From Felis catus (Eukaryota), in NCBI RefSeq assembly GCF_018350175.1, contig NC_058383.1, positions 6,698,001 to 6,762,000 on the forward strand: a stretch of DNA of 64,000 nt. The letters are read 5' to 3'. A model generated the notes under the pieces. That model was not told the origin of the DNA, did not search any database, and was given only the letters and a program-made list of their open reading frames with translations. Numbering within the stretch: position 1 is the first letter of the stretch; every line of letters starts with the position of its first letter. The position numbers and the translations under genes were made by a program. This document shows positions 60,516 through 64,000 of this stretch, piece by piece.

Positions 60516-62949
60516 GCAGTATGAAAAAGTAACATTGTATTGCCATGCTGCTAACATCTCATCCAAGTAGCATGAAGACAATTCACTAAATCCAATGGCA
60601 TGCCACAGTAGATGCCGGATAACTGCCATTCATGTTAGCTGTGTGTAGGCAGATTCAGTACATCACATTATTTTATGTATACAGCCCATTTAATACCCAC
60701 GGGAACCTTATGAAAGACACCAGTACCCCTATTTTAAGAAGCTGAGAAAGATTAATGTGCTAACAACATAGCAAAACAGATTCACTACTCAAACCCAAGT
60801 CTGAAGCCCAGGGTCCTGTGCTGCCACACTGCCACCTAGTCACTATAAAAAAAGCTATCTGGGGGCGACTGGGTGGCTCAGTCAGTTAAGCGTCCGACTT
60901 CGGCTCAGGTCATGATTTCATGGTTCGTGGGTTTGAGCCCCGTTTTGGGCTCTGTGCTGACAGCTCAGAGCCTGGAGTCTGTTTTGGATTCTGTGCCTCC
61001 CTCTCTCTCTGCCCCTCCCCCATTTGTGCTCTGTCTCTCTCAAAAATAATCATTAAAAAACATTTTTTTTTTTTTAAAAGCAATCTGGTCACTCTGAAAG
61101 TGACCAAGTATGGTGGACAGAATTACCCACTGGGGCACAGAGGAAAAAAAAGTTAAAACATGTATTTATATTTTAAAAATACTGAAACCCATTTAGCCTT
61201 TCCTGATAGCCCCATTTTTTGGTCCCCATCTCATAGCACTTACATTGTTAGCACTTGCGTTGCTGTTCTTATCTTCACCTTCCAACTATTAAATTTTCTT
61301 TCCTCATTTCTCTCCATTTTTAGTGATAGATCTGAAAATTCCATCTGTCTCTGCCATTTAAAGATGAGGGAAAAGGCATCTTGGTCTTTGCCATCTGGGT
61401 CAAAGTTCTAAAAGCAGGGACGGGGGAAAGCACACGTTCCTAGACATGTTCCCTCCTGGTGGAAGTATGAATCAAAATGAAGTGAAACTCCAAGAAGTGA
61501 AACTCAAAGATAGAGGGCTGAGGTCAGGAACAGAGTCACTCCTCCCTTGAACAGACCTGCATGGAGTGGTAGTGCTCATATTCTGGGCAGAGCAACAGAA
61601 AGACTGGGTTTTATTTTACATTTCTTGAATGATCCCAGCACCTAGTCCTCTTTTGACTTTAGACTCACTGAACTGTCTCCATTTCTAGTTTGATAGATGT
61701 AATTTTTTGATAGCTTTTACCCTGAAATTTAATTTGTAATGCTTTCATGCCTTATCTCACCTAGACTGCCCCCAAGAGTAGACTTGTCTTTTGCTGTCAT
61801 CGTTGCCCTTCAGTCACTTTATGTAGTTCCTTGCAACCCATAGACATTTAAAATATATGTCTGAATACAATGTCAATTTTGTGTTCATTTGTAGAAAGTT
61901 CAACAAATTCATTTTAAGCCTGGTATTTCAACACTTGGCAGGGCATGCCATTTATAAATTAAGAGACTGTGAAGTTATTTGTAAAACATCTGAGTAAGAA
62001 TGGGAGGAATATTATAACAGTACAACCTTAAGGTACATAAATAAATTATGTGTCTATGGGTAAGTTACTTATATATCCCCCAGCAAACAGTAAGGTTTCA
62101 TTGATCTGCTTTCCATGTATTCTCCACAACTTGGGTTGACTGCATAGGATCTCTTCAACACTGATCTCTAAGTGTTTCCTTTGGTCCTCTGACACCTTCT
62201 CTCAATAACGTAAGTATCTTTCTGGTGGCAGTGTGGGAAATGGAGATGGGGCATTAGGTTTGGCCCAGCTGGATTTTTCAGTTAAATTCATTTATCAATG
62301 AATTTACAAGTTGGAAGGGCCCTCTGAGATAATTTAGTTAATTTTACGTAGGAAAAAAATGAATGAACCCTACTGGTGGGGTTTTATTCAAAATCATCCT
62401 AATCAGTGTCAGACACAGCACTGGAAATGGCCTTCTAGTAGCCCAAAACATTTTCCACTGCATCCTCACAACCCCCTTCATTACTCACCACTTCCAAGTC
62501 AAGCACAATTACCTCCCACAACTGAAAAATCCACCTGATGTCTAAAATCATACATTTAAAATTCATGAAGTTCAGGGGAGCCTGGGTGACTCAGTTCAGT
62601 GTCCGACTCTTGGTTTCCGCTCGGGTCATTTTACCCTTCCTCAGTTTGGGACCCACATTTGGGCTCTGCGCTGCCAGTGCGTGGGCACTGTCAGTGCAGA
62701 GCCTGCTTGGGATTCTCGCTCCTCCTCTCTGCCCTCCCCTCCTCTGTGCCCTCCCCCACTGGTGCTGTCTCCGTCTCTCTCAAAATAAATACACTATAAA
62801 AAAATTAATAAAGCTCAGAAACAGCAAGGGAAAAGAGGTGTGTGTAATCTTTCCTACTGCATCCAAATCACTTTACTCACTAGGTTTCAAACACTACCAC
62901 CGTTAATGGTGGTGGGCTTGGAGGTGAGCAAGTGATCTGCACACATTTA

Positions 62950-63700
62950 CGAAGCTTAACAAATTGGTAAAAACCCGCGGAGCTTGATAGCTTCGAGAGT
63001 CTTCCTCCTTTTACATTCAGGATCTCTAGGAATGAGGGTGGGGGTGGGGAAGCCCTCACCAGAAGGAATGCAAATACGGACAACTGGGGAAACAGAGAAA
63101 TTGGCCTCGGATCCTGTCTTCCACCATCCCCTGGGGTGAAGACCGAGGAAAGAAGGCCCAGGAAGAGCCCTCAGCGGACTGCCTCTTCCCGGTCCCAGAG
63201 GCATCTCAACCTGGCCCAGAAAACAAAACGCGTGCCTTTTCCACTTGGATCCAGAGCTGTCTCTGCAGAGAGAGACGGCGCTCCCTACGGACGAGGCCGG
63301 AACACAGGGCAGGGACATGGACCCTCCACCCCGTCCGGGGGCGGTGATGGCGCGAGGAGCCGCGGAACACAGCTGTACACATCCACCTCTGTCCCCACCC
63401 GTCCACCCTGGCCGGACCCACGTCTCACCGTGAACCCCGGAGACGTCTGGGGGTGCTGGGGCAGAAAAGGGAGGTGACTCTTGGGGGGAGGTGGCAAAGG
63501 GCAGCGCACTTGGACCCACACCCTCTGCTCATCACAACCTTGATTGCGGGCACATCTGTGAGTCCCACCAGAAGCCGGAAGTGTCAACACTTGTCTTTCA
63601 GAAGAGGAGTCCTCTCTAGGAACGCGGGAGGACTGTGGCCTTGTTCCCCACTCGACGGCCTTGTCTGGCTTTGGGGATCTCCCCCCTTAGCTCAGCTTTT
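62950..63700 (-). promoter_or_regulatory. CpG island / probable FAM200A promoter and non-coding exon 1
   Basis: CpG enrichment; ETS CCGGAAGTG at 63575-63583; minus-strand donor candidates CACG|GTGAGA (63429/63428) and CTG|GTGAGG (~63060). Confidence 0.65.
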
Positions 63701-64000
63701 CCCAGCCTGGTGAAGGGGGCTTAAGTTTCCTTTGCTACCATTCTTCTCAGATACTTCTGTTTCTCCTTTTTCTTACTGATGGCAATAATCCTAAGAATTC
63801 TAGTTATTAAACCATATGACTACTTAGTGATTTTGTGTGTCAGAAGAACTGAAACAAAAATGTAAAGAGAAATATCAAAGTGAAGTCAAGAATGAATGGT
63901 TTCACAAAACCAAAGTCGTTGCTTCTCTGGCGACCGTGATTACGTACTGTCATTTGAATGGGTAGTAGTTTCAAAAATTTCATCTATGGGCAATAGACAT

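Noticed and set aside
62956..63713. Overlapping 60-187 aa ORFs in the CpG island (also 29446-30291 and 21044-21390)
   Set aside because: GC-rich DNA is poor in stop codons; no recognisable domains.

Overview
Mammalian genomic DNA, almost certainly a felid (dense carnivore Can-SINE/SINEC elements of the feline type, carnivore L1 3' ends). It covers part of the zinc-finger cluster syntenic to human 7q22.1. In order: the last two coding exons of ZNF789 (+); complete ZNF394 (-, SCAN / variant KRAB / 7 C2H2, 3 exons, 554 aa); complete ZKSCAN5 (+, SCAN / variant KRAB / 12 canonical C2H2, 6 coding exons, 836 aa); and FAM200A (-), a domesticated hAT/Buster transposase gene. FAM200A is disrupted here by an in-frame TGA and a C-terminal frameshift. 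Gene names rest on my recall of the human proteins plus matching gene order, not on a database search. Splice junctions were read by eye and are phase-consistent. The most notable observations: (i) FAM200A looks like a unitary pseudogene, and its N-terminus looks borrowed from a ZKSCAN-type gene; (ii) an L1 3' transduction of ~400 bp of foreign DNA inside a SINE, bounded by a 14-bp TSD; (iii) ZKSCAN5 has two paralogous zinc-finger exons with features that could allow array-A-only, array-B-only or A+B isoforms; (iv) nested L1s ~25 nt from the ZNF394 last-exon acceptor; (v) a piggyBac (Looper-like) fossil with both ends, inserted at TTAA in a MIR. No RNA genes or CRISPR arrays were found. I cannot show a wholly new system from sequence alone.
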